Assembly: GCA_020847715.1 (NCBI GenBank)
Contig: JADLBM010000007.1
Coordinates: 8,624 to 72,623 of the forward strand
Reading direction: 5' to 3'
Length of the DNA: 64,000 nucleotides
From: Candidatus Yanofskybacteria bacterium
Lineage (GTDB): Bacteria > Patescibacteriota > Minisyncoccia > 2-02-FULL-40-12 > GWA2-44-9
Below, piece by piece: positions 46,489 to 57,040 of the stretch (positions are counted from its first letter, which is position 1; each line of letters begins with the position of its first letter). The notes beneath the pieces were generated by a model that did not search any database, was not told the DNA's origin, and saw nothing but the letters and a program-made list of their open reading frames with translations. The position numbers were made by a program, and so were the translations under genes.

Positions 46489-47043
46489 CTACTGCTGCTC
46501 GCCCATCTGAGGCTGCTGACCCATTCCATGATGCTGAGAACACGCATCACAGTTGCATCCCATCCCGTGGTCTGACATGCACTCCCGGCACTGCATATCG
46601 CCCTTTCGGCGATGCATCCACCACGCAGCAAGCGACCAACGACCGGCACCAGTAAATGCGAGCGCGAGTGCGGCGGCTGCAAAAACCAGATTCTGTCCCC
46701 ACCCGAAGATGAAGTGCAGCAATGCAGGCTGACCCATTGGATTCGGTCCCGTCACCGCATAGATAGCGACGAGCATGACGATACCGAGAAGCGCAGCAGC
46801 GATCCACAGGAACGCTCCAACGACCAAAAAGATACCGGCAACGAGCTCGGAACCCGTGGCGAGATACGCCCACAGAGGCCCAAATCCCCATCCACCAAAC
46901 ATCTCAACCGTCGCCGGAAGACTCTGAAGCTTCGCGGCTGCATGGCCGATGAAGAACGCGCCAAGCGCGAGGCGAAGCACGAGCAAGCCGACCGACTTAT
47001 TGTGACACCACCGATAGCACTTCCCGCCGATTCCGTGCAACAT
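46489..47043 (-). CDS. DoxX family membrane protein with C-terminal Cys/His-rich tail
   Basis: DoxX-like four-TM core plus CRECMSDHGMGCNCDACSQHHGMG tail. Confidence 0.7.
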   Translation of the reverse strand: MLHGIGGKCYRWCHNKSVGLLVLRLALGAFFIGHAAAKLQSLPATVEMFGGWGFGPLWAYLATGSELVAGIFLVVGAFLWIAAALLGIVMLVAIYAVTGPNPMGQPALLHFIFGWGQNLVFAAAALALAFTGAGRWSLAAWWMHRRKGDMQCRECMSDHGMGCNCDACSQHHGMGQQPQMGEQQ

Positions 47044-47280
47044 AGGAATGAAATAAAAGTAATACGATACTTACCGCGACCGTGGCTTTCGCACTGCATG
47101 GCCACGGAATACCGACACCTTCGAGTCGAGGCGTGCGGGCTTTCGCTTTGGCGTCGGAGGACGCCGTGCAGGCCGCACATCGCGACGCACAGTAGATAGA
47201 GTCGCCATACGGGCAGTATACCAGACCGTTTCCCCACAGCAACGCTGTAGCCGTCGTCATGACTGCGGTATACTGTACGC

Positions 47281-47748
47281 ATGAGGCTCTCCCGCCGCGC
47301 CGTTCTTGGTGTACTAGTCACCTGCGCCATCGTAGGCGGCGGGGCTGTCGCATGGTATCGGACCCGCCCGCCCGCATTCCCCCGGTATACCATCGATGCA
47401 GACGGGTCGGTCATCAAGCGACTCCCCATTCTGTCTTCTGAATCGCTTGCGCGTGTCCCAAGCCTACAGATGAAGGGGCTTATTTTCGGGATTCATCCAT
47501 TCCTTCTAGAAACAACGGCAACACACACGGAAAATGTGGAGCGCATCGTGTTCGTTGTCGAAAATGAACCATCCGATATCCGACGGGAATATGAGGAATA
47601 TTTTGCGGCAATTGGGTGGTCATATTCCCTTTCTCAGGATATGACACGACTCACCATACAAACAGCAGACGCATATACCGCTATCAGTATCGCCCCGCGG
47701 GAGTATGGCGGAAGCCTTATCGCCATCACTCGCAGTCAAATCCCCTAG
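47281..47748 (+). CDS. Hypothetical membrane-anchored protein
   Basis: ORF; N-terminal TM; TATACT immediately upstream of the ATG. Confidence 0.45.
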   Translation: MRLSRRAVLGVLVTCAIVGGGAVAWYRTRPPAFPRYTIDADGSVIKRLPILSSESLARVPSLQMKGLIFGIHPFLLETTATHTENVERIVFVVENEPSDIRREYEEYFAAIGWSYSLSQDMTRLTIQTADAYTAISIAPREYGGSLIAITRSQIP

Positions 47749-47753
47749 CCCGC

Positions 47754-49931
47754 ATGAAACGAATATTCTTCATCACTTTCATGGTATTCGGAGCTCAGTT
47801 CATCGGAGCTCACGCAGCCCATGCAATCACCTGCTCACTGAGCGTATCGCCGACCTCTGGACCATCCGGAACGCAGGCAACGGTCACATGGCGCGTCTCG
47901 GGAGAGGGAGCTGTAAACGGTCTCGCCGACTTCGGGAATGGCGACGGCGATCAGGGAGGAGGAAATCGGATCGTGACACGATCTGTAAGCACAACATATG
48001 TCGGCGCACCGGGAACTCAGTTCGATTTATCGCTGGACGGATACGATGATATAAATTCCTGCCATAAACCCAGCGGCAACAACTCAATTACGTTCAGAAT
48101 CGGTAGTGGCCCACCTCCTCCGAATGCCACGTGTTCAAACAATATAGATGATGACGGCGACGGATACACCGACTACCCCAACGATTGCGGCTGCACTGAC
48201 CCGAGCGACACCAGCGAGGCAAATGCAGGATGCAATAATGTGTCGTATTCCGACATCACGATTGAAACCTTTCCGGTTCAATCCCTCAAATGGCGACTCA
48301 CCTGTCCGGGTGGACCGTATACCTGTAATGGAAGGAATGGCACTGGAAACATGACCCCCGCCCAAATGAACGCAATCTGTCAGAACGGAGTATGCGCTGG
48401 CGCAGGAGATTATTTTATCCACTCAGGATGGGGCGGACCAAATCCGAACCCCGGCTATGACTGCGTCGGAAGCTCTGATCTCCGCCCATGGACGCGTTGG
48501 ACCGAACCTATCTACCTCTCTCTTGACTGCGTTCCAGTGGCCTCTAGTCCGCCACCTCCGCCTTCGAGCCCGCCTCCGCCGGCTGTGAATAATTCGATCT
48601 GTGTAAGTCACACCATCCCGAGCGCCATGACCACGGGGCAAACGGTGAACGCTTCGGTAACGTTCCAAAACACCGGCACAACGACATGGACACAACTTGC
48701 CCCTGCGAACTACGATGTTTCCCTCTGGCCGTGGCCCCCGACTGCCCCTTCACTCACGCCGCAAGCAAGCGATATTTCTGCAGCATCTGTTGCTCCCGGA
48801 CAGACAATGGTCATTCCGCTCACCCTGACCGCCCCCGCGACACCCGGCACCTACGCGGGACAGTACCGCCTCGTTGAACAAGGCGTTGAGTGGTTCGGCG
48901 CCGCGTGCGGAGCAGCGACGATTACCGTGGACCCACCACCCACGCTTTCAGCATCCCTCACCGCGACACCGAACTCCGGCACCGCACCCGTCAGCTCGAC
49001 ACTTCAGGCAACCGTAGGCGGCACCGCGACCGGCACCATGAACTACAGCTTCTGGTGGAACTGCTCCAGTGCGACGACGAGTGTTGCAGCGGCGTCTGTC
49101 GCATGCGGCGCCCTTCCAGCTCCCGCTCCCGGCACCTGTGCGGGGAATGCAAACGGATACAAGTGTGACGGCGTGAACACGAATCCGCGAGCAACAACCG
49201 CCCACACGTACACGAGCGGAACCTACAGTGGAAAGGTCATCGTCGAACGCAGCACCGCGGCCCCCGCAGAGGCTCGCACAACAATAACCGTCGCACCCGC
49301 GCCTCCCCCGGTCGCGGGAGGCGTACAGATGGTCGCCCCCAACTACTGTGGCGGAGCGGCTCCACGCCAAACCGTATCATGGACCTACGCTCCGGGTGCG
49401 GGAGCTCAGAGTGCGTACCGGGTACAAGTCGCCGCAGGTCCCGCGTTCAATTTTGCCGCACCAGCCTATGATTCGCTCAAGGTATCATCGACCGGAACGT
49501 CTCATCCCACGGACCCGCTCAGCTACAACGCAACCTACCGAGCACGCGTCATGGTGTGGGATGCAGCCGACAATCCAAGCATATGGTCTGCCCCATCCGC
49601 GACCATCTCGACCCCACCGGGACCGTACCCACTCATCGCCTTCACCGTCGATCCCGCTCCCCCCTTCGCCGGCGAGAACGCGCTCTTCACCGACACCACG
49701 AACTACGGCGCATTCTCCCCGCTAGTACGGCAATGGAATTTCGGCGATGGCACCATTGTCACCGAGAACCCCGGAACGGGAACGACCACCCATGCATATG
49801 TCGACCCAACGAATATCACCGCAACGCTTACGGTCTCAGGGAGTAGCATGAACCCAGGAGATACCTGCGCCGCATCTCAAGGGTTCTTGGTGAATAAGGG
49901 TATTCCCTCGTACAAGGAAGTTCGCCCGTGA
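47754..49931 (+). CDS. Large secreted protein (725 aa) with Pro-rich linker and Ig/PKD-like beta-rich repeats
   Basis: Signal peptide MKRIFFITFMVFGAQFIGAHAAHA; start placed at Met47 of the listed ORF, just after the upstream gene stop. Confidence 0.6.
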   Translation: MKRIFFITFMVFGAQFIGAHAAHAITCSLSVSPTSGPSGTQATVTWRVSGEGAVNGLADFGNGDGDQGGGNRIVTRSVSTTYVGAPGTQFDLSLDGYDDINSCHKPSGNNSITFRIGSGPPPPNATCSNNIDDDGDGYTDYPNDCGCTDPSDTSEANAGCNNVSYSDITIETFPVQSLKWRLTCPGGPYTCNGRNGTGNMTPAQMNAICQNGVCAGAGDYFIHSGWGGPNPNPGYDCVGSSDLRPWTRWTEPIYLSLDCVPVASSPPPPPSSPPPPAVNNSICVSHTIPSAMTTGQTVNASVTFQNTGTTTWTQLAPANYDVSLWPWPPTAPSLTPQASDISAASVAPGQTMVIPLTLTAPATPGTYAGQYRLVEQGVEWFGAACGAATITVDPPPTLSASLTATPNSGTAPVSSTLQATVGGTATGTMNYSFWWNCSSATTSVAAASVACGALPAPAPGTCAGNANGYKCDGVNTNPRATTAHTYTSGTYSGKVIVERSTAAPAEARTTITVAPAPPPVAGGVQMVAPNYCGGAAPRQTVSWTYAPGAGAQSAYRVQVAAGPAFNFAAPAYDSLKVSSTGTSHPTDPLSYNATYRARVMVWDAADNPSIWSAPSATISTPPGPYPLIAFTVDPAPPFAGENALFTDTTNYGAFSPLVRQWNFGDGTIVTENPGTGTTTHAYVDPTNITATLTVSGSSMNPGDTCAASQGFLVNKGIPSYKEVRP

Positions 49932-49944
49932 TGCACCCATACAA

Positions 49945-49972
49945 AAGCCCCGCATGTGCGGGGCTTTTGTAT
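49945..49972. terminator. Bidirectional terminator
   Basis: CAAAAGCCCCGCATGTGCGGGGCTTTTG perfect palindrome. Confidence 0.7.
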
Positions 49973-49982
49973 GGGTGAGCGA

Positions 49983-51131
49983 CTAATTCCCCGTCGCCCA
50001 CCGGAACAGCTCATGCGCAAGAGCTCCGAAGATCGCCAGACAGAATGCAGCACTCACGAACCACCCGATAACCGGAATGATGCCGATAAGGCTCAGGAGA
50101 ACAACCCCTCCTAATGCCGAGGCCCAGGTAAGGTGCAGCGCGGTTCGCTTCTGAACGACCATCATGAGCCATGCCCCGAAGAACATTCCGGCAAGAGCCT
50201 TCGTGAGAATCATCATCGCGGCATACGCAAGCAGTATGAGGGCACCCGGGAGAATGCCCACGAAGCTGAACAGAAGGAGAATCGCAACGATTGGGGTCAC
50301 GATGCCGTAGATAAGCCCCCGTCCCAGCGAACGCAGGAATGCGTCCTTTGCCTGCGCGAACAGCTCAAGCGACTGCCGTCGCCAACGCCACATAAGGAAC
50401 GCCGCCAGACCAAGCGTTGCGATGAGTCGCATCGCCGACAGAACGCCGATGATTGCCCATCCAATTCGTTTCGGAGCACGATCGTCGAATCGAACACCCT
50501 GCATGCGTTGGGTGTACTCGATTGATCCGGTAACCCGAGCACCATCAGCCATCTGCACCTCACGCGCTGAACGGTATGTGAGGTTTCCGGCAACCACCGC
50601 GGCTGAACCGAGCATAACGCTCTCATCGGCACGGGCGTAGACATTTCCGTTCACCGTTCCGTTGATGACAAGAACACCTCCAATCATCCGCACTGAACCA
50701 TCAACGATACCGTCAATCGTCACCTGGCCGCCGGCGACAACAAGATCGCCGCCGATACGGGATCCGGGAAGCAGATGAATCGTCCCGCCGGCGACGACAA
50801 GATCGCCGCTCACACGGTCATTGATCACAACCGAGCCGCCCGCTGCACGAACATCGCCCGAAACCGGACCAAGAAGTTGTATGTTCCCGCCAATCGCCGC
50901 AATATCGCCAAGTACCGCGCCCGTCACCGATACAGTTCCACCGACTGCTAACGCATCACCATCAACCGTACCACCGACCGTCGTCGTCCCTGCCGCGACG
51001 TACAGGCTCCCCAGTACTCGTTGCTGAACAGGAAGTGAATACTGCTGGCCCGAAGCCAGCGTTGCCGCCATTGCGCTCAGCGGAACCGCCGCGAACACGC
51101 CGACCGCGAGAATACTCAAAATGCGCTTCAT
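49983..51131 (-). CDS. Signal-peptide protein with bactofilin-like repeats and C-terminal multi-TM region
   Basis: Repeating GD..V.GG.V motifs over about 200 aa, followed by four or five TM helices. Confidence 0.55.
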   Translation of the reverse strand: MKRILSILAVGVFAAVPLSAMAATLASGQQYSLPVQQRVLGSLYVAAGTTTVGGTVDGDALAVGGTVSVTGAVLGDIAAIGGNIQLLGPVSGDVRAAGGSVVINDRVSGDLVVAGGTIHLLPGSRIGGDLVVAGGQVTIDGIVDGSVRMIGGVLVINGTVNGNVYARADESVMLGSAAVVAGNLTYRSAREVQMADGARVTGSIEYTQRMQGVRFDDRAPKRIGWAIIGVLSAMRLIATLGLAAFLMWRWRRQSLELFAQAKDAFLRSLGRGLIYGIVTPIVAILLLFSFVGILPGALILLAYAAMMILTKALAGMFFGAWLMMVVQKRTALHLTWASALGGVVLLSLIGIIPVIGWFVSAAFCLAIFGALAHELFRWATGN

Positions 51132-51208
51132 ACGTATAGTTCAATGAATACCCCTGTATTCTACCACCGCTTCGCTGAAGTCGATAGCTGTGGTATGGTG
51201 GGTGCGCA

Positions 51209-52183
51209 ATGCTTATTGATGACGTCACAATCAGGGTAGCGGCCGGAAACGGCGGAGACGGCTCCGTTGCTTTCAATAAGAACCTCATGGAACTTGGCCC
51301 AACCGGAGCATCCGGCGGGAACGGCGGAAGTGTGTTCTGCGAGGGGGTCGCCGATCTTGGCGCCCTCGCCCGATGGCGAAATTCCAAGGAGGCAATCGCG
51401 GAATCTGGTGAACCAGGGGGCATGCAGTACCGTGACGGACGCGACGGCAAGGACCTCACATTCCCCGTCCCCGTCGGAACGGTCGTTCACAATCTCGATA
51501 CGAAGGAAGATATCGAGATTGCCTCGATTGGACAGCGCGTCCTGCTCGCGCGAGGAGGCAAGGGTGGCCGTGGGAATTTTCACTTCCGCTCATCCATTAA
51601 CACATCTCCAAAGCGCGCCGAGTCCGGAACTCCGGGACAGTCATGGAGCATTCGGCTCGAGTTGAAGCTCACCGCCGACATCGGGCTCATCGGTATGCCG
51701 AATGCCGGAAAGTCCAGTCTCCTCAACGAGCTCACCCGCGCGCAACAGAAGGTCGCGAATTACCCATTCACAACCCTTGAGCCATCCCTCGGCGTGTACT
51801 ACGAGCTCGTTCTCGCGGATATTCCCGGCCTCATCGAAGGCGCGGCGTCCGGGAAGGGGCTTGGCATCAAGTTTCTCCGCCATGTCGAGCGTACGCGAAC
51901 ACTGTTCCATCTCGTATCCTGCGAGTCGGATGACCCAATCCGAGACTGGACCATCATCCGCAATGAGCTTGGTGCCTATAGCCCCGCAATGATTCAAAAG
52001 GACGAGAAAGTTCTCCTCACAAAAACAGACTTGAGCACTGCGGCGTCGGTAGCGCGGATTCTCGAGCGCTTTCGGGAAGCGGGCGTAGACGCGCTCCCAC
52101 TCAGCATCCACGACTCGGAGTCTATGGCGAAACTCGAGCAGCTCCTCCGTAGTCTCATCGCCGCAAAGAGCGCGGCGGCCTAG
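51209..52183 (+). CDS. obg: GTPase Obg (no extended C-terminal domain)
   Basis: Gly-rich Obg fold N-terminal, then GLIGMPNAGKSSLLN...DIPGLIEGA...TKTD. Confidence 0.9.
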   Translation: MLIDDVTIRVAAGNGGDGSVAFNKNLMELGPTGASGGNGGSVFCEGVADLGALARWRNSKEAIAESGEPGGMQYRDGRDGKDLTFPVPVGTVVHNLDTKEDIEIASIGQRVLLARGGKGGRGNFHFRSSINTSPKRAESGTPGQSWSIRLELKLTADIGLIGMPNAGKSSLLNELTRAQQKVANYPFTTLEPSLGVYYELVLADIPGLIEGAASGKGLGIKFLRHVERTRTLFHLVSCESDDPIRDWTIIRNELGAYSPAMIQKDEKVLLTKTDLSTAASVARILERFREAGVDALPLSIHDSESMAKLEQLLRSLIAAKSAAA

Positions 52184-52917
52184 CCGAGTATCCGCGCAGC
52201 AGCCTCACGGTACGCACAGTGCTCACACTCATCCGCCGCAAGCGGCGGCTCCTCAGCATCAAGGCACACCTTCATTGCCTTCAGAACACCCGGAATCCAT
52301 CCATCATCACCGGTATACGGGAGAATGCGCACGTCGAACTCAAGACGAGCATCGAACGCTTCTCGATCGGCGTTCCCGTTGCAGTATACGAAATACCCCG
52401 TCGATGAGACGGTGTGCCCATTCTGCCGGAGAAGCCACTGGTATACCTCCATCTGGCGCTTGTATGCCTCCTTCCACACACCATCGAGCGTGACCTCGTG
52501 CGGAGACGAGGTGGCTTTGTAATCCACCACAATAAGCTCACCCGCGGGATTCACCCAAATATCATCAACCCCGCCAGTCACCGTGAAGTTTGTCGTCGGG
52601 TCGACATACTGCACACCCCGTCGAAGGGAATCGCGCCACTCATCCATCCGTTCGTGCGCGAGCGGCACCGCGTCGATCCCGTAGGCCTTCATCAGCGGAT
52701 GCGGAGTACCGGCGGCACGATGGATATCGAACTCCCGCTTCAAGAGCGCGTCCACCGCATTATTCAATGTGAACGCCGGCATGGACGGACGGGAGATGCC
52801 GCACCGACGGTCCAAGTAGAAGCACCGTGGACACTGCACGTAGAGATCTATCTTCGAGCGACTAATCCGGAACGGTTTCTCTGAGGCCGGATCGTATTGA
52901 TTCCGCTTGAACACCAT
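52180..52917 (-). CDS. PD-(D/E)xK nuclease superfamily protein, Cas4/RecB-like with a Cys cluster
   Basis: N-terminal CPRCFY, core GELIVVDYK, C-terminal C..ECEHC; four Cys arranged as in Cas4 Fe-S nucleases. Confidence 0.55.
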   Translation of the reverse strand: MVFKRNQYDPASEKPFRISRSKIDLYVQCPRCFYLDRRCGISRPSMPAFTLNNAVDALLKREFDIHRAAGTPHPLMKAYGIDAVPLAHERMDEWRDSLRRGVQYVDPTTNFTVTGGVDDIWVNPAGELIVVDYKATSSPHEVTLDGVWKEAYKRQMEVYQWLLRQNGHTVSSTGYFVYCNGNADREAFDARLEFDVRILPYTGDDGWIPGVLKAMKVCLDAEEPPLAADECEHCAYREAAARILG

Positions 52918-52919
52918 GG

Positions 52920-53273
52920 TTATTTCGTCTTGCGAAAACGGACGGTGAAGACCGGCTCATACTCGACGTGATCTTCCTTGATCTGGATAGACTCACCTTT
53001 CATGATCGCGGTAAGCGCCACATCCGAGAGTAGCTGTGCGTCTTGCTTGATGGCGAATTTCAACTCCTCCATCCGTGCGAAGTTGGCCCCTGCCTGTTCG
53101 CGCACCGACGCCTCGTGCTTCTTTTTCTTCTCACGCAGCTTTTCTATCTGCTCCTTCAGTTGCTGGTAATCGTGTGACGACGCGAGTTCGGATTTATACT
53201 TGCTCGCGATGATGCGCGCCTGCTGACGCTTCTCCTGCAACCGACCGAATATCTCCTGAACGCTTTTGCTCAT
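52920..53273 (-). CDS. Hypothetical coiled-coil protein (117 aa)
   Basis: Charged helical ORF immediately upstream of the nuclease gene. Confidence 0.45.
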   Translation of the reverse strand: MSKSVQEIFGRLQEKRQQARIIASKYKSELASSHDYQQLKEQIEKLREKKKKHEASVREQAGANFARMEELKFAIKQDAQLLSDVALTAIMKGESIQIKEDHVEYEPVFTVRFRKTK

Positions 53274-53406
53274 GTGGTGGATACATTAAGGCTTGCAGGC
53301 CATCCTACCACAGGCAAAGAGAAGTTGAGAAGAGAGGGGGCTCCGACTGGGAGCGCCGAGAAACCGTCCGAGTCGGGGCATCGAGGCGGGAGGAGGCGAA
53401 GAAGGC

Positions 53407-54636
53407 TCACTCGTACCGAAGCGCATCGATAGGGTTCTTTCGTGCGGCCTGTCGTGCAGGATAGACTCCGAACACAAGACCAGTCAGCACGGATACAGTC
53501 ACTGCGATGAGGACCGCGGACAAGGGAAACTGGAGCGGCCACTCAAACTTCGCGATGTACGTCACGCCGAGGTAGGTCGCCACCGTGAAGAATGCCCCTG
53601 CCATGATACCGATAGCTCCCCCAATCGAGGTGAGAATCACGGACTCCACAAGAAATTGCCGGAGAATGTCCGCCTCGGTTGCCCCAAGGGCTTTCCGGAG
53701 GCCGATCTCTCTGGTGCGCTCCACAACCGACACCAGCATGATGTTCATAATGCCGATCCCTCCCACAACGAGGGAGATAGCGGCAATTGCCGCGAGAAAG
53801 ATAGTGAGGGCAGAGGTGACATTCTGGATAATCGAAAGCGCCTCTTCCATGGATGCGACCATGAAGTCATCTTTTGACGGATCGGTGATGCGGTGATTCT
53901 GTCGCAGGATAGAGGTAATCCGCGACTTTATGAAGCCAACATCGTATACCGGATCGATCTCAGCATGAATCTCTTGATAGTAATCGATACCCAGCAGCTG
54001 CTTCTGCCCCACAGTCAGCGGAAGAATGGCGCTCTCATCAAAACTGAAGATGCCGGCGCCCTTTGGTTGCAAGATGCCGATGACTCGAAAATTGAAGTCC
54101 TTCACACGGACACTCTTTCCAATGGGATCAACATTCCCGAAGAGATCATTCGCCAGCTCCTGTCCAAGAATAATGACCTTGTTGTACGCCTGGGAGTCGG
54201 CTTCGGTGTAATGGTGCCCGCGAGCGAGCTCGATGTTGAGCATGTCGAACACATTGGGTGGCATCGCGTGCCAGATAACCGATTTGCTTGTATTCCCGTA
54301 CGAAAATCTCGACTGTCCGCTCACGCGAGCTGCGACCGCTACAATCGACGGCTCCCGCTCCAGCGAATCAACATCGCGCTGGACAAGCGTTTTAATCACA
54401 ATTCCTTGTGCGATTGCCGGAGCTCCTTTGGTGGGCGCACCCGGATTGACGCTAATGAGGTTCGAGCCAAAACTCTGCACCTGATCGATGATGTAGCGTT
54501 CTGCGGACCTCCCGATGGACATAATCAAGATGACGGATGAAACGCCAATGATAATGCCGAGCATGGTGAGTGTCGTCCGGATCTTATTCTGCCGGAGTCC
54601 CCGAAGCGATGCGCGAATTGCGTCGTTGAATTGCAT
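53407..54636 (-). CDS. ABC transporter permease (MacB/FtsX family)
   Basis: N-terminal TM, large periplasmic MacB_PCD-like domain, C-terminal FtsX three-TM bundle. Confidence 0.9.
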   Translation of the reverse strand: MQFNDAIRASLRGLRQNKIRTTLTMLGIIIGVSSVILIMSIGRSAERYIIDQVQSFGSNLISVNPGAPTKGAPAIAQGIVIKTLVQRDVDSLEREPSIVAVAARVSGQSRFSYGNTSKSVIWHAMPPNVFDMLNIELARGHHYTEADSQAYNKVIILGQELANDLFGNVDPIGKSVRVKDFNFRVIGILQPKGAGIFSFDESAILPLTVGQKQLLGIDYYQEIHAEIDPVYDVGFIKSRITSILRQNHRITDPSKDDFMVASMEEALSIIQNVTSALTIFLAAIAAISLVVGGIGIMNIMLVSVVERTREIGLRKALGATEADILRQFLVESVILTSIGGAIGIMAGAFFTVATYLGVTYIAKFEWPLQFPLSAVLIAVTVSVLTGLVFGVYPARQAARKNPIDALRYE

Positions 54637-54638
54637 GG

Positions 54639-55352
54639 CTATTTGATGAGACCGTTGCCCCTCTTCCGATGCTCAACTGCAACATCGCGCTCCACACCGC
54701 CGTCTCGGAGCGCAATGATACGCTGCGCGTATTCCGCAGTATACGTTTCATGGGTGACGAGAATAATGGTTCGCCCCGCATCGTTGAGCCCCTGCAGAAT
54801 CTCCATAACCTGCCCGCCCGATTTTGAGTCCAGATTTCCGGTCGGCTCATCCGCAAAGATGATGCTCGGGTCATTCACGAGCGCGCGGGCAATAGCGACT
54901 CGCTGCTTCTGTCCTCCCGAGAGGTTACTCGACGGCACATCAATCTTCTCATCCAACCCCACCGCATGCACCGCCCGCTCGACAAGCTCGCGGCGGCGAA
55001 ACACCGGTACACCGGAATACATCAGCGGTAACTCAACATTCTCTGCGACCGTGGATCGACCGAGAAGGTTAAACGCCTGAAACACGAACCCCATCTCTTT
55101 GTTCCGCAAGTGCGCCAACTCAATATCGGTCAGTGTGGCCGTGTCGCGCCCCAGAAAGCGATAGGTCCCGCTCGTAGGACGATCAAGGAAGTCGAGAATG
55201 TGGAGGAGCGTTGACTTCCCGGAGCCGGACGGGCCCATAATAGCGACAAACTCCCCCTTCCCAATAGAAAATGAGACGTCAGCAAGCGCAACGGTCGAAA
55301 GCTCCTCGCCGTTCTCCCGATACACTTTCCCAAGATGCTCCAGATCGATCAT
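54639..55352 (-). CDS. ABC transporter ATP-binding protein (MacB/LolD-type)
   Basis: Walker A GPSGSGKST, signature LSGGQKQRVAIARAL, Walker B IIFADEPT; AGGAAGG RBS; start at MIDLEH. Confidence 0.9.
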   Translation of the reverse strand: MIDLEHLGKVYRENGEELSTVALADVSFSIGKGEFVAIMGPSGSGKSTLLHILDFLDRPTSGTYRFLGRDTATLTDIELAHLRNKEMGFVFQAFNLLGRSTVAENVELPLMYSGVPVFRRRELVERAVHAVGLDEKIDVPSSNLSGGQKQRVAIARALVNDPSIIFADEPTGNLDSKSGGQVMEILQGLNDAGRTIILVTHETYTAEYAQRIIALRDGGVERDVAVEHRKRGNGLIK

Positions 55353-55359
55353 GACCTTC

Positions 55360-56952
55360 CTAATTGCCGTTGCGTTTGATGCCAATGTTCTCGACCTGAT
55401 CGCCTTCTGAAAGCCCCGAAACAATCTCGACCATTCCATCCTGTCCTCGCAGCCCGAGAGTGACCGAAACTTCCGCAGCATCGTTGCCAATCAGCTTCTT
55501 CACAAATGCTCCCCGCTCATCTTCGAGAATCGTAAACTGCGGCAGCAAGAGAACCGCATCGCGCCGGGCTGATTCAATATCAAGATTCGCCGTCAACCCG
55601 CTCTTCAGCATCGCGTTCGGCTCATCGAGCAGGATTGTCACCTTGAAGTTCACGACGCCATCGATGACAGTCTCTGCGGGGTCGATGAATGTCACATGTG
55701 CGGCAAGCGTCTGTCCGGGGAGCGCATCGACGGTAAGACTGACCGGATTCCCGATCATCAAGCGTCCAATATCCACCTCGGGAACATTCGCCTCAATCTC
55801 AAGCTCTTGGTCCGAAATGACCGCAACAAGCGCCTGACCGGCAGTCGCCGTTTGCCCAACCTTCGCATCTTGCTTTGTAACAATCCCCGCCATCGGACTC
55901 CGGATGATGTTCTTCGCAATCTGGGCTTGTATCCGCTGAACTTGTGCCTCAGCAGAAAGGAGCGCCGCTCGCTGAACATCCACCTGTTCGGGAGTTGAGC
56001 CTGCTTTCGTAAGCGCCAGCTCACCCTCGACGCGCTCGACCGTAAGGAGGTTCGTCGTGATGAGCTGGTCCTGCGTGTTCACGGAGGTGAGCGCAGCAAC
56101 AACACTCGCACGACCCGTGTTTACGTTCGTCCGGTATGTCTGAAGGGTCGTGGAATCCACCTGAACGCTGTTATTGTCGAGAATGTTCTGCACAAGCGTG
56201 AGAAGATCCTTCGCCGTCTGAAGGTATCCTCGCGCATTATGAATAGCCTTCACGAGGGCCTCCGGAGATCCGCCGAGAGCGACGCCGCTCAGTTCTTGTT
56301 GCCAGCGATTCAAGGCAACCTCAACGCTCACCCGCTTTGACAGCGCATCGCGCTGGAGCTGATCGCACGCACACGTGAACGCGAGCTGGTACAACGGGGC
56401 AGCCTCGCTCCCGACGCTGAGAAGAATCTGCGCGGTCTGGATGCGCACGGCATTATCTGTCTTGGTGTAGGCATCGAGGAGCACATCGTATACGTTCGCA
56501 TATGCATTCTCGAGGTCTTGCTGGGCCTGCCGCAATTCGGACTCCTTGATTGTGACCTCCTCCGCTCGGCCACCTCCCGCGAGCTCCTGAAGCTTTGCCT
56601 GCTGAGCGAGCACATTCGCCTGCGCATCTCGAAGCTGGGCATTCAACTCGGCGTTATCAAGACTCGCCAAAATCTGCCCAGGAACAACCCGATCGCCAAC
56701 TTTCGCACCAGCCACGGCGATGCGTCCACCATTCTGGAATGCAAGCTGAACATCCTGCGTCGCCTTGACCCGACCCGTCACGGAAACGATCTGCCGGATG
56801 GATCCGCGAGTCACGGAAATAACGCGGTCCGCCCCGTTTCCCCCTCCGGACAACGCGGCAGCGATGACAATGAGAAGGATGATTGCACCCGCACCTGCGG
56901 CGATGCGCTTGCCACGGGAAAGACCGATGAAGAACGCGAGAATGTTTTTCAT
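55360..56952 (-). CDS. Efflux periplasmic adaptor (HlyD/MFP family)
   Basis: N-terminal TM, long coiled-coil, beta-barrel/lipoyl-like segments; first gene of the MFP-ATPase-permease operon. Confidence 0.85.
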   Translation of the reverse strand: MKNILAFFIGLSRGKRIAAGAGAIILLIVIAAALSGGGNGADRVISVTRGSIRQIVSVTGRVKATQDVQLAFQNGGRIAVAGAKVGDRVVPGQILASLDNAELNAQLRDAQANVLAQQAKLQELAGGGRAEEVTIKESELRQAQQDLENAYANVYDVLLDAYTKTDNAVRIQTAQILLSVGSEAAPLYQLAFTCACDQLQRDALSKRVSVEVALNRWQQELSGVALGGSPEALVKAIHNARGYLQTAKDLLTLVQNILDNNSVQVDSTTLQTYRTNVNTGRASVVAALTSVNTQDQLITTNLLTVERVEGELALTKAGSTPEQVDVQRAALLSAEAQVQRIQAQIAKNIIRSPMAGIVTKQDAKVGQTATAGQALVAVISDQELEIEANVPEVDIGRLMIGNPVSLTVDALPGQTLAAHVTFIDPAETVIDGVVNFKVTILLDEPNAMLKSGLTANLDIESARRDAVLLLPQFTILEDERGAFVKKLIGNDAAEVSVTLGLRGQDGMVEIVSGLSEGDQVENIGIKRNGN

Positions 56953-57040
56953 GGGAGTAGTGATATTCTACCACCGTACACCGCCCACGGGTAGCGTCAA
57001 TCAGTCTGGAAATACCGCATCCCGTGAGGTACGATGGGAC

